A stretch of 64,000 bases of DNA, taken from the NCBI GenBank assembly GCA_051294375.1, contig CM119268.1:231437-295436 (forward strand). Direction: 5' to 3'. Shown one piece after another: positions 11,661 through 24,829 of the stretch; the stretch's first letter is position 1, and each line of letters opens with the position of its first letter. The notes under the pieces were generated by a model. It did no database searches and had not been told where the DNA came from. It worked only from the letters and a program-made list of their open reading frames with translations. This DNA comes from Paraspadella gotoi (Eukaryota > Animalia > Chaetognatha). Position numbers and translations under genes: made by a program.

Positions 11661-11888
11661 TAATTTTTTCTGTGGTGCGGACTGGTGCATGGAGGATCAA
11701 TCAATCAAAAATCTTAATCTTTTTGATTAAAAAAAAAACTTTAATAAAAACAAAACATTTGGGCTCATTTTACCCGTTTTAAATTTTTTAATTTGAAACC
11801 TAAATTTTAAAATTTCAAATTTTGGTTTAATTCCAAATCGAACAATGACCAATTTGACCGCCCCCTTAATTTCGCCATCAACTTCCAG

Positions 11889-12121
11889 GGTTCAAATTCC
11901 TCAATCCTGCTCTTCTCGCTGACCCGGCCATCGGTGATGAGGTCCAGTGGGCGACTCTCTTCACGGCCGGACTCTTTCTACTCGAAGTCTGGTCCAACGG
12001 TAGCGTCGTCCCTGATTCCATTCGTGATGCTTTCTTGACTTCCGGTTCCATCGCTGTTTTGATGGATCTTTTTGATTCGACCGACATTCTGGATTTATGG
12101 TTCAAAGTGGAATATAAACAG
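11889..12121 (+). CDS. TMEM121/CECR6-family membrane protein, exon 3
   Basis: Acceptor aacttccag, phase 1. Open frame FKFLNPALLADPAIGDEVQWATLFTAGLFLLEVW...AVLMDLFDSTDILDLWFKVEYKQ contains the family DLxDxxD motif. Donor CAG|GTAACG. Confidence 0.75.
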
Positions 12122-12597
12122 GTAACGAATGACATAATGACTGACAGAATTACTGGCAAGATGAATGACATAATGACTGACAGAATTGCTGGCAAGATGA
12201 ATGACAGAATGACTTATGTAATACTGTAATACTGATGCGAAACCTTTTTTATTAATAATAATAACAAAAAAGATATTAACATAANNNNNNNNNNNNNNNN
12301 NNNNNNNNNNNNNNNNNNNNNNNNNNNNNNNNNNNNNNNNNNNNNNNNNNNNNNNNNNNNNNNNNNNNNNNNNNNNNNNNNNNNTTTCCTTTGTATTGTT
12401 TTACTGTTCAAAATTCCACTAAGATTAATATAATATACTATAATATAAACTATATACTATAACTATAACTATATACTATATACTATAACTATATACTATA
12501 ACTATATACTAACCCTATATATACTATACTATGCCTCGCCAAGTTATTTCTCTGTCTCTCTCTAACATTTTANNNNNNNNNNNNNNNNNNNNNNNNN

Positions 12598-14763
12598 TAT
12601 TATTACAAAATTCTATATTTTTCCATTTTATATATTTTTTATTACTTTATACTTAATTTTGGTTTTTGATAATGCTAAAAAACATTTCTTTATAGTAAAG
12701 ATTAAACCTGCAATACTTTTATTTATATCTGCTATTCCTATTATTAGGGGTTCTTTAAAATTGAAATATAATGGTACTTTCCTTTGTATGTCTTTACTGT
12801 TTCAAAATTCCACTAAGATTAATATAATATACTATCAATATAAACTAATATACTATAACTATAACTATATACTATATACTATAACTACTATACTATAACT
12901 TATATACTAACCTATATATACCTAACTATGGCCTCGCCAAGTTATTTCTCTGTCTCTCTCTAACATTTTAACTTTTAAGGTTCAATCAGTTTCGCCTAAA
13001 AATCTTATTGAAAGTTGAACGTTTGACCCGTCTTTTATGTATTCCCGTTGATATTTTACCGGTCTTGTTCTTTGGATCGCCATCGTCTCGGGTAAATTTT
13101 GAAGAGATATCGAAACAAATATTTTTTAACTCTCTTATTTAGACTCAGCCAAGAAACGATTCACTCGTCCCTAATACAGTTTTACGGGACAAATTATGGA
13201 TATTTTACCGAAAATAAAGCCTAAGCATTTGATTCACGACTTTTCCTTCATAATTCAGCGGAAAATTCAGCGAGTTTTCCATGAATTAAACAGAACGAGC
13301 GACGTCTCGAACGCGCGACTCTGCGGGCGTGAAGCATCAAAATACTTCACAAACCCTTTATCTATGTAGTCGGGCATAGCAAAGTTCACCCCGCATATAC
13401 CCAGCATGACACCTTCAATCTTGACCCCGTGGCTCATTGAGTAAAGCCATCAGCTCATGACCACTAGGTACTGGGTTCAATCCCAACCCGGTACCTACCC
13501 TGCAGGAAGTGTGAGGATGGCCGTAAGCCGCCTTGGGGCTGTGGAAAACCTTCAAGCCTGGTTTCAAGCCCAGGATCCGTTTCATAGCTGTTAGAGGGTG
13601 TTATAGAAGATAGAAGATCACTCCGGGCTCCCCAGTGTGGATAAGGCGCTAAGTGGGCTGAAGATGACTATCCGTAACTTCTTTAGATTACTGTATATAT
13701 TTTTTATATAAGTTATTGAAAAAATATGCCCTCGTCTTATATTTTTTGGTTTTCCAAATAGATAGTGTTGAAAAGCTAAAAAAATCTCCTATTCCTTTTA
13801 ATCTTACATTTAGCCCAAATGGATACATAGATTGAAATTTTCTTTCCCAATAAGCTTCTTTTTCTAGTCTGAGTTTAGTTTGATCTATACAATAATTCAA
13901 ATGTTTCTTTTTTTCTATTGGTATAATTTTTAAGTTCTCTAAAAGTTAGGCTAAATTAGATTAAATTTTAAAAGTAATGTAAAAGTTTCATATATTTCAC
14001 TATGTATTAGATTTAATTATTAATTCTTTTATATTCTTTCTTGTATTCGTTCTTTATATTCTTTTATATTATTTTATAGATCTATTTAAGTTATTTTCTC
14101 CCCAAGTTTAAATAATGTGAAATCTATTTTTTTCTGTGGTGCGGACTGGTGCTGATGCGAGCAGTCAATGCAAGTCAGAAAAGTCTTGGTAATCTTTTTT
14201 GATTAAAAAAAAAACTTTAATAAAAACAAAACATTTGGGCTCATTTTACCGTTTTTAATTTTTAATTTGAAACCCTAAATTTTAAAATTTCAAATTTTGG
14301 TTTATTCCAAATCGAACAATGCACCAATTTGGACCGCCCCCCTTAATTTCGCCATCAACTTCCCAGGTTCAAATTCTCTCAATCCTGCTCTTCTCTCTGA
14401 CCCGGCCATCGGTGATGAGTCTCAGTGGGCGACTCTCTTCACGGCGCGGACTCTTTCTACTCGAAGTCTGGTCCAACGGTAGCGTCGCCCTGATTCCATT
14501 CGTGATGCTTTCTTGACTTCCGGTTCCATCGCTGTTTTGATGGATCTTTTTGATTCGACCGACATTCTGGATTTGGTTCAAAGTGGATATAAACAGGGTA
14601 ACGATATGACATATACTGTGACAGAGAATTACTGGCAATGAGATGACATAATGACTGACAGAATTGCTGGCAGGATGAATGACAGAATGACTTATGTAAT
14701 AATGTAATATGATGCGCAAACCTTTTTTATTATATATTAATAACAAAAAAGATATAACATAAT
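12598..14763 (+). repeat. Indel-rich second copy of ~10088-12283, including a frameshifted copy of TMEM121-like exon 3 (~14367-14597)
   Basis: Colinear direct repeat differing mainly by 1-nt indels. It starts right after a 25-N gap and is probably an assembly artefact. Confidence 0.85.
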
Positions 14764-15018
14764 TCAATGACAGTAACAGTAACCCAGCTAACAGTAACGC
14801 TTACAAGCATAATTTTAAAAATTTTTTTAATTTTTAAAAATTTAAAAGACTTTTCAATTTTAAAAATTAAACAAAAAATAAAGACACTAAAGTTTAAAAT
14901 GGAACCATTAATACAATTTTATGAACTAATTCATAAGAGAACTTACAAAACTACCAAAAAAAATAATAAGTGAAAAATACCAATTGAAATACCTATAAAC
15001 AAGCTAATAACATTCTCC

Positions 15019-15057
<39 letters not shown>

Positions 15058-15249
15058 TATTATATTCGAAAATATTTAACTCATTTACGACGTCAAATAG
15101 TTGCTGTTCTTCTGATTAATTTTATTTATAAGAGCAATATAGTATCAAATAAACACATAAAGAATGAAATTAAAACGATTATTCTATTTTACTGCAATAT
15201 GCTAATGAGATTTATAGTAGTTAATCCAAGATTCCCATTTCATTTAAAG

Positions 15250-15381
15250 GTTTCAGGCATCGACTCTTTGCTTGTCGTCGCCGTCGTTTGCCATTGCATC
15301 TCACTACTGTTTCCCTTGGCTGCCATCTACCAAATCATGTGGACTCGTTACGGGACAAAGAAGTTCAACGCTGCATTTGAG
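15250..15381 (+). CDS. TMEM121/CECR6-family membrane protein, exon 4 (VSGIDSLLVVAVVCHCISLLFPLAAIYQIMWTRYGTKKFNAAFE)
   Basis: 132 nt, phase 0/0, acceptor catttaaag, donor GAG|GTGAGT. The TM segment ending LFPLAAIYQ parallels TMEM121 LVLPCVALSE. Confidence 0.7.
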
Positions 15382-15614
15382 GTGAGTTCAGAATTTGTAA
15401 GTTAGAATGGGTGAGGGAATCTGTCTCTTTTCATAGCGATTATATCGTCTGTTTCTAAAATTACCTCATTTTTACTATATAAATTCTTAATCCATCTGCT
15501 AAAACAAATCCTTAATTTAATCTGTAATGTAATTCTCAATCCTAATCTCTAAGTCTTAAACCCTAACACTAACCCTAACCCGATCATATGTTGAATTGGA
15601 ATTCCATCTTTTAT

Positions 15615-15865
15615 TTTAATTGCGACGCGAGTCATGTAGTCATGTGATCACAGGGAAATACACGCGAAAAGAAAGTCTCTGCGGCGCAACACATTGGACG
15701 GACAGATCTTGTTTATACATTCATACAATTTGATTAATTATTACATAAGTTATGAGAATTTTTAATATAAGTGGGACAGATCGATGGACAGACATACCGA
15801 CAGACCGACCGACACCCAAGTGTCTCATAGAATTGCTCCGCGAGTTCTCGCGGCGCAAATAAAAA
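15615..15865 (-). mobile_element. Short DINE-1/Helentron-like non-autonomous element
   Basis: Ends ttgcgacgcgag and ctcgcggcgcaa are inverted. Contains a (GACA/GACC)n tract and resembles 30797-31232. Confidence 0.5.
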
Positions 15866-16184
15866 TTAATTTCTAAACCAAAACGGAAACGCATTTGTAA
15901 AAAAAAATGGCCGCGCTTAAATTTTTTAGATTTTCTCGTTATAATTTGTTTCTTTTTTCATTTTCTCTTATTTTTTGTCCAGGTTTTCAGCTCCCTGCTG
16001 CGCGCCTTCCTAGTCAACTTACCCTTCCTTGTTCTCCGCTGCATTGCCGCCCACGCTCAACGCTGTGGCGGCGACAGCGGCGACGGCTGTGGAGGTCACG
16101 TTCGCTTTCAGACGAAGGCGCTCATTGTGAAGAATATCTTGGCAATTGTCTTCGCCGTGAGGGGAGCTGTGAAGTGGAGGAAGC

Positions 16185-16530
16185 AGAAATAGGAAGGGAG
16201 GAAAGGAAAGGAAAATGGAGGAAAGGAAGGGAGATGATAGGAAAGGAAAGGAAAGGGTAAGAGAATGAAGGAAAGGAAAGGAGAGCAAGGGAGAAGGAAG
16301 CATAAGAAAGGATAAAAAAGGAAAAGAAAGGAGCAAAAAAGAGAAGGAAAGGAAATAAGAGTAAATAAAAGGAGAGGAGATGAAAGGAAAGAAATGGAGA
16401 AGAAAAAAGGAAATGAAAGGAAAAGAAAGTAAAGGAAATGAAAGAAGAAAAGAAAAAGAGAGGAAAAAGAAAAAGAAAGAAGAGAAGGGAAAAAGAAAGA
16501 AAGGAAAGGAATTAAAAAAATGAAATAAAA
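16185..16530. repeat. Purine-rich low-complexity (GGAAA/GAAA)n tract
   Basis: Directly visible. Confidence 0.85.
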
Positions 16531-19351
16531 GAAGTTGTAAGAAACCTGATATACAGTGCTGTGGAAAAAAATGACACCCTAAAATGTTGTGCCTAATGGT
16601 TTTTTGTAGTTCTTTCAAAAATAGTTTTTTCCCATTTTGTTTTTGACCACTTGTATTTTATTGTATTGCACAGCTCTTGAATTGCAGGACTGATTTTTTT
16701 AAACTTACACAAATGGATTCCTGTTTTAAAAATATATTCTTACCTTTTAAATTAAAATTGGCGAAATTTAACATTGATGATGGAAATGAGTTTAAATGGA
16801 AAAAAAATATATTTCACTATTTGAACACCAAATACTCATGAGTGGATGGGGCGATTGACTTTAAATTTTGTATTTGGGGAGAAATGTGTGTAATTAAACT
16901 GGAAATCAAGTTTCGATGGAATCGTTTTAGTGGAAATGGTTTAAATGGAATAAACAAAGTACCTGTTTAACTAATTGATTATGCTTCTTTTTCTTTTTAT
17001 NNNNNNNNNNNNNNNNNNNNNNNNNATATTTTTAAATGTAAATGCAAGATGTATTAACTTAACAGAACAATATAATTCAGTTAATTAAGTCAATAAGTCA
17101 TTTAATTAAATAAATAATTAATTTAATCAGTCAATTAAACCAATCAAAACCAACAATTTCGATCAAATGACTTAATTATCTTAAATAATTAACCTTGAAT
17201 AAATTAATTATTAATTAATTAACTTAATTCACATTAATTTAATTACGATAATGATCGTGGGCAGATCCGACGATTTGTTTGCTCAAACCTTGTTAGTATA
17301 AAAATATTTTACTTTAGGATCCTTAGCTGTTTTTTTTACAATTTTTTTTAAAACTCCGCGATCAGTCTTTAAATGTTGTCTTTACACCTTATTTACTTCA
17401 CTATTTACTAATTGTACTTAAGCGAAAAAAATAAAGATGCCTTTTTATTCTTATTTAAACTAAACATCTCAGTTTAATAATACTGCTTCTTTAGAGAAAA
17501 ATGTTTTTCCGTAGTCAAACGTATTTGTTTTAAAGCCATGAAGTAATAATAGTAGTCTTTGCTCTCCGTAATACGTAACCATTGAATTATGATAAAGATG
17601 AATTAAAACTTGCTTCCAGATAAAATTTGTTTAATGATTATTAATTATTAATATTGATTCTATTTATATTTTACGACCCTTGTCGCTGGCGATGTTACCA
17701 GTCTGTGACGACGACGTCGATTAATGAACGACAACGCAAGACGATGACGACGATAAGATAAGAGGATGATTGAGAACGACAACGACGACCTGATGACGAC
17801 GACGACGACGATGATGACAAAACACGATAACGACGACGGCATTTGACGACGACAACGACAAACGATGACGGACGACAACGATTTGGACGACGCCGACTAC
17901 TATTTATCTCTTTCTCTTAATCGATAAAATCATCCATTGTGCCGGACTTTTTTTTTCGTCCATCCGAGTCTCAGACTGAGAGAGAGAGAGAGAGAGAGAG
18001 AGGAGAAGACGAGAGAGAGCGAGAGAGGAGAGAGACGAGAGGGGGAGAGAGAGAGCAGAGAGGAGATAGATGTAAAAACGACGGTACTTCCTCTCTCCTT
18101 GCCCCTCTCCGAGGCGTGACAAAACGCCGAAATCATCTCCTCAGAATATATATTCTCTCTCTCTCTCTGCTCTCTCTCTCTCTCTCTCTCTCTCTGCATT
18201 ATTTGCCCGCCCAACTCCAAGATACTAGAAGATATATAGAATGACAACTATATCACCGTCTCTGGCTTGTACGTTATCTGCTTGCAATGAATAGTACACT
18301 AGCGTCTTCTAAACAATATGAACACTATATGGATACTTTGTGTCATACTTAGTATCCTACCAAGTATGTTTCGATCTCAGTTAGGTATAGACGATTATGT
18401 ATTGAGTTTTGAACCAAGAACACTCTATGATCATGTGATGGAAGAAATGGAGCCTAAGGGATAATATAAGTGAAGAGTGTGTATAGTATGTTATAGATGA
18501 ATAGTTTACTAACATGTCACGCAAGTGTAATATGACTAGAAAATAGGGATCCTCATTTTTGTGATACTGGATAAATATTACAATATATGTCCATGTGATG
18601 AAAATTTACCTTGTCATTTTAGCGTTATATAAAAATTCTCTATAAAAAATACTCCTTTTCTATCCTTTCTACAATACTCCTCTTTATTTTATTATCCCGT
18701 CCGCATGCATAAATTATATCTAGTTGTACCTTTTTATCTTTCAATATTCGACATTACTTTATGCTCGCTCTAGATATGTTCTCAATATTCGGCCAACGAG
18801 TTCTACGAAAAAAAATTCATAAAAAATCTTTTCAGCTCCGTTAAACAAAAAATGGATACGATTATCCATTCTACTCAACAGCGGTCTTCTGACGAACAGG
18901 GTCTTTCTCGGTAGCCAGGTCCTGTTATGAATATTACTGTTGTAAGGTCCATGATGGAGTTCCTTAACACCCCATTGACACCGATATGCCAAAGTCCCGG
19001 GGGCAAACAAAGCTTATTTATTAAATTAAAGGCTAATTGTTTAATGCGGTTGTACCAATGTTCATAGGCCTAGATTATTTTCATAAATATACGGTCCATC
19101 ACATTGCAAAAGAAAGAGTATTTTTTTCCAAAAGGCTTAGTGAAACAAGAGTGACTGACCGACGATTAAAAAGGCTTGTGAAGGGCACGACACTAATAAG
19201 GAGGAGAAGTTGAGAAAAGAATAGGAATGACATAAACATGAAATAACGACAACGATGACGACGACAACGATGACGACGCCTACTACTATTTATCTCTTCT
19301 CTTAATCGATAAAATCATCCATGTGGGACTTTTTCGTCCATCCGATCTCAG

Positions 19352-19387
<36 letters not shown>

Positions 19388-21636
19388 NNNNNNNNNNNNN
19401 NNNNNNNNNNNNATATGAAGATAAAAAAAAAGAGAGAGAAGGAGACCCATAAGAAGAGATGGCAGAAGTGGAGGAAAGTAAGAGAGCTAAAAAAAGAAAA
19501 AAGAATAGAGTAGAGGGTAGAGATATGAGATGGAGAGAGAGAGGGAGAGAGAGCGAGATGAATAGAGAGAGAAAGTTAGACAGAGAGAGAGAGAGAATAA
19601 AATAGAGGTTTGAGATGTATAAATACAAGATGAATTATTTATTTTTAATTAGGATCGTTGTATTCGCAGGGTAATTAATATTTTATAGTACCCCATATAG
19701 ATGAACGTATAGTGATTTTTGGCGGGGATGGGGCTTCAAGTTATCCCGCATACTGGACGGGGATTGTGAGATAGAGGGCAGGAGGGCTTCGAAGCAGGTG
19801 ATGCCCGCAGTAAAAAATAGTGGCGGGGGATTGCCAAAACAGAGAAGAAAAAGACAGTTTTTCGGTGAACAGAAAGAGGGCGCAGTTCAGACTGTTCTGG
19901 CCTTATAGGGCAGTTCAAAGATCTGGCGCCTTAGTTGGAGCGGCGTCTAATACTTGTTCCGCCGTTCCCGCCGGCTCCAAGTACTAGAAGTTTAACCACC
20001 ATTTTAATTTTGGTGACTCGAATCTTCCGATGAAATATCACGCCTAAACATTTTGCACTAATCGGTATTTTTGTCATATTTATACAATAGTTGACTCAGG
20101 TAAGAGATATGTTTTGAGTTTTGACCGAATTACTAGTAATTAAAATTATGAGATTTATATTTTGTTGAAATTTCTACTGTCACGCAAACTGTTTAAATAG
20201 GAAAGGGAATTCTTTTTTTGACTTTTTATTTCATATTTCTATTTTTTTACTTTTCTTTTCTTTATTAAATTTCTCCTTAAAACTTTTCTTCCTTTCTCAT
20301 CTTCTTTTTTTTCCATTTTTTAGTTTCCTTTTTATCTTTCATTTCCTTCTTTATCTCCTTTTTTCTCTTTTCCCACGATTTCTATCATAATCTTTTCAGC
20401 TCCGTTTAACAAAAAATGGATACATATCCATTCTACTAACAGGGTCTTCTACTAACAGGGTCTTCTACTAGCAGGGTCCTGTTATGATATTATGTTGTAA
20501 GTATGATGGAGGCCTTAAACCACCATTAACCGTCCAAAGTCGGGGGCAACAAAGCTTATTTATTAAATTAAAGGCTAAATTTTTTATCGGTTGTACCAAT
20601 TTCATAGGCTAATTATTTTCATAATATACCATCACATTCAAAGAAAGTATTTTTTTCCAAAGGCTTAGTGAAAAGAGTGACTGACCGACTTAAAAAGGTT
20701 TGAGGCACAACTATAAAAGGAAGTTGAAGAATAAAATAATAATAATAATAATAATTATAATAATAATAATAATAATAATAGTAATAATAATAAAAATAGG
20801 GAGAGAGAAAGGAATGATAAAACATGGTGGGAAATAAGGAAAGGAGGGAAATAAGGAAATGGGGAAAATAAGGAAAGGAGGGATATAAGGAAAGGGGAGA
20901 ANNNNNNNNNNNNNNNNNNNNNNNNNNNNNNNNNNNNNNNNNNNNNNNNNNNNNNNNNNNNNNNNNNNNNNNNNNNNNNNNNNNNNNNNNNNNNNNNNNN
21001 NNNNNNNNNNNNNNNNNNNNNNNNNNNNNNNNNNNNNNNNNNNNNNNNNNNNNNNNNNNNNNNNNNNNNNNNNNNNNNNNNNNNNNNNNNNNNNNNNNNN
21101 NNNNNNNNNNNNNNNNNNNNNNNNNNNNNNNGGAATTAAAAAAGGAGAGAAATAAGTATAGGGAGATAAAGAAAGGGGGCTCAATAAAAAAAAGTGATAC
21201 ATGGAAATCCTTAAGTCGACAGCGGAACCATCTGCAATGAAGAGGAGAAGGAGGAGGAGGAGGAGGAACAATATTAGAGAGAGAAAGANNNNNNNNNNNN
21301 NNNNNNNNNNNNNNNNNNNNNNNNNNNNNNNNNNNNNNNNNNNNNNNNNNNNNNNNNNNNNNNNNNNNNNNNNNNNNNNNNNNNNNNNNNNNNNNNNNNN
21401 NNNNNNNNNNNNNNNNNNNNNNNNNNNNNNNNNNNNNNNNNNNNNNNNNNNNNNNNNNNNNNNNNNNNNNNNNNNNNNNNNNNNNNNNNNNNNNNNNNNN
21501 NNNNNNNNNNNNNNNNNNNNNNNNNNNNNNNNNNNNNNNNNNNNNNNNNNNNNNNNNNNNNNNNNNNNNNNNNNNNNNNNNNNNNNNNNNNNNNNNNNNN
21601 NNNNNNNNNNNNNNNNNNNNNNNNNNNNNNNNNNNN

Positions 21637-21965
21637 CAATTTTCCAAAAACGCTGCATCTCAAATGGTAGATGGCTCTCTTTTCAAAAAACGCCACATCT
21701 CTCATGGAAGGTTTTACTTTTTTTCCAAAAACGCTGCCTTCAAATGGCAGATTGGCTCTCTTTTCCAAACAAACCCGTGCTCTCAAAATGGCAGATTGGC
21801 TTCTCTTCCAAAAACCGCAATCAAATGGCAGATGGACTTTTATTTCCAAATAACGCTGCATCTCAATGCAGATTGGCTCGCTTTTTCAAAAACACTACAT
21901 CTCTAACGGCAGATTGGCTCTTTTTTTCAAAAAATACCACATCTCAAATGGCAGATTGGCTCACT
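21637..21965. repeat. ~42-bp minisatellite (ttttccaaaaacgccgcatctcaaatggcagattggctctc)
   Basis: Tandem copies visible, partly hidden by an N gap. The fuller array is at 56310-56912. Confidence 0.9.
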
Positions 21966-22179
21966 AATCCATAACTCTTAACGCCAACCTAATCTTTAAG
22001 CATAACATCTAACATAATTTTAAACCTAAAAACTAATTTAAGTAAAAATTGAAGAGGAAATGGATAGCTTTGGGAAAATAAGGCCGATGGATTCACTTTT
22101 AAGAAAAGAGTTTTATTTCTTCGATCAAACAAAGTCGGAAGTAGAGGGAGAAGAGCGAGAGAGAGAGAAGAAGAAAGAG

Positions 22180-22560
22180 TGAATGATGTAGAGAGTTAAA
22201 GAGAAATTGATGTAGAGAGTTAAAGAGAATTTGATGCAGAGAGAAATAGAGAAACTGATGTAGAGAGTGAAAGAGAAAATCGTATAGAGAGTGGATAAAG
22301 AAATGATGTAAAAAGTGAAAGATATGAAAGATATGAAAAAGAAAATGATGTAGAGAGTTAAAGAAAAATGGATATAAAGCGTGAAAGAGAAATTGATGTA
22401 GAAAGTGAAAGATATTTTGATGTAGAAAGTAAAAGAAAAATTGATGTAAAAAGGGAGGGAGGACTTAATGTAGTCAAAGAGTAATTGATTTAGAAAATGA
22501 AAGAAAAAGTGATGTAGAGAATGAAAGAGAAATTGATGAAAAGAATGATGTAGAGAAAAA
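22180..22560. repeat. ~21-24-bp degenerate tandem repeat (gatgtagagagtgaaagagaaatt); also at 57130-57510
   Basis: Directly visible. Confidence 0.85.
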
Positions 22561-23476
22561 CGACAGATTTTCAAAGGCTATTAGGCTAGATTGAATGTAT
22601 AATAGTATTATATTGTACAATGATTGTGGCGGTTAGACTAGAAACGCCACGTGCGTCTGCGTCTCTGACTTCCAATGTTTATTTTGAATGATTAAAATGT
22701 TTCCAGAACAAAGTCTTTAGTTTAAACTATTATAATAAATCGGCGTTTCATCCCCAAGATCGCTCACCACGCTCACCTCGACTCGACGGCTGACTGGATT
22801 CCCCGGCCCCACGCTACGGGCCGCTCTACGATCACTCCAAGGCAAACCCGCGCCTCGAGTGGACGCCAGAAGTGCCAGCGCGGCTTGCGACGCCGTCATG
22901 GGAGGCTCTCGCAACTTCCGGCTTCCTCCGTCACCACGAAGCGGCGCTCAATTCGCCCCTGACGAGCAGATGCTTCGACCACGCCATCGGCGCCCGTCCT
23001 GGAGCAGCGCGGAGAAAAAGATGGGAACCTCTCGCCTTCTTTTCGGGCAAAACTCTTCGACAGCGCCAAAAGGACAGTGGCTTACAGCAATCGTCCGGCT
23101 CTAAAATTTTCTCTGTCGGTCCGTCGGTCAGAATTGAATTATTATAACTTAAATGTCCGATCCAATCGCAAATTAATTAACTTTTAATATTTTTGAAAAA
23201 TAGTAAATATTTAATTAATTAATTAATTGAGGCTGCTCACCGTAATGATCGTGGGCAGATCGGGCATTATTTGAATTAAATTGTTTTCAATTAAATTCTG
23301 TTTCAGTATTTTTTTTCACGTTTTTTGATTCCTGCTCGATTGTGAAAAACCACGACGAGTGAAAAATCACAAATCACGGGAAATACGAGTTGCGTAACTG
23401 AAGTTGAATCAGAATGAAAACAATAAATTAGAAAAAAAAAGAGAGAGGAGAGAGAGAGAGAGCAGAGAGAGAGAGC

Positions 23477-23511
<35 letters not shown>

Positions 23512-24261
23512 AGAGAGGAGAACGAGAGAGAGAGAGAGAGAAGAGCCGAGAGAGAGAATTAGAGATAATATAAACAAGTAAGGAGACAAACAAAATTTTT
23601 GTAAAATTAAAAATAATTTCTTTTTAGATTAAACTCCTTCTCGTTTCCTGAGAAGTTTTAATGTTCAATTTTTGACATTTTTGAGGCTTTAGTTTTTGAC
23701 GCTTGATCTTATTCCGCCTTCTTCTCCTCTCTTTCTCTCTCTTTCCATCTTTTCTCTCTCTCTTCTCTTCTCTCCTCTCATCTCTTCTTCGACTCGTCCT
23801 TTCTCTCCTCTCTCTCTCTCTCTCTTTCTCTCTTGTCCTCCTACATCTATCTCTCTATCTCTCTCTCGCTCTCTCTCTCTCTCTCTCACTCTCATTGCAA
23901 GTCTCATCTCTTTCTTCTCTCTCTCTCGTCTCTCTCTCTCACTCTCCTCTCGTTCTCTCTCTCTCCTCATCTCTCTCTTCTCCCTCTCTCTCTCTCTCAA
24001 TACATGAGAACTGAAATAAAGAATTAATATATGATGAAAAAATAGTGAATATAAAATCTGAGAGAAGAGAGGGAGATAGAGAGAGAGGAGAAAGAGAGAG
24101 AGAGAGAAAGCAAGAGAAGAGAAAAGAGAGATAAGAGAGAAAGAAGAGAAAGAGCACCCAAGCGCGGCTGTGACGTGTCGCCCTCAGCTAATCAGCGAGT
24201 CCAGTTGTCGGAAGGCCGTCAACTCGTCAAACATCCGTTGGGAGAGAGTTTGACCAGGAGG

Positions 24262-24322
<61 letters not shown>

Positions 24323-24829
24323 AGGAGAAGAGAGAGAGTTTGACAAGAACAAACTCCTGGTCACGGAATGATGGTCTTAGCGTTGAAGAGAGAAAAGTAA
24401 AAAAAGGATGAAAAATGGGAAAAGAAAATAAAAAAGAAAATAAAAGAGAAAAAGAGAAAGAAAAGAAAAAAAGGAAGTTGATTTAATTGTTTTGCGCCAC
24501 ATTGATTTTCACGTGTTTTTTTGGTTCTTGACATGCAACACACTGCATCGGACATTCAATATTTTTATTTTATTTCTTAAAACAAAAGTTATAGCAAGCA
24601 GTCGCTAGGATTCCGAAATCCACAAAAAGCCAGCTAATTTGAAACCGCGTTTAATTTCTGGTCACGTGATTGCTTTTTAAGTGATCACGTGACTTCACCT
24701 GTATAATGCATATGCACAACATGGGTCTTATTGTAACCAAATATGAAACTAAATTGTGATACTAACCACAGTTATTAGCAATTTGTGCAACACCAAAGTA
24801 GGACNNNNNNNNNNNNNNNNNNNNNNNNN

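Noticed and set aside
14367-14597. Duplicated exon 3 as a mutually exclusive alternative exon
   Set aside because: It differs from exon 3 almost only by frameshifting 1-2 nt indels, inside a gap-adjacent duplicate block.
16019-16618. Low-complexity ORFs (F/S/L, R/E, T/M runs) here and at 17.9, 22.1, 23.7, 30, 40, 51, 56-58 and 63.6 kb
   Set aside because: They are translations of microsatellites or minisatellites lacking stop codons.
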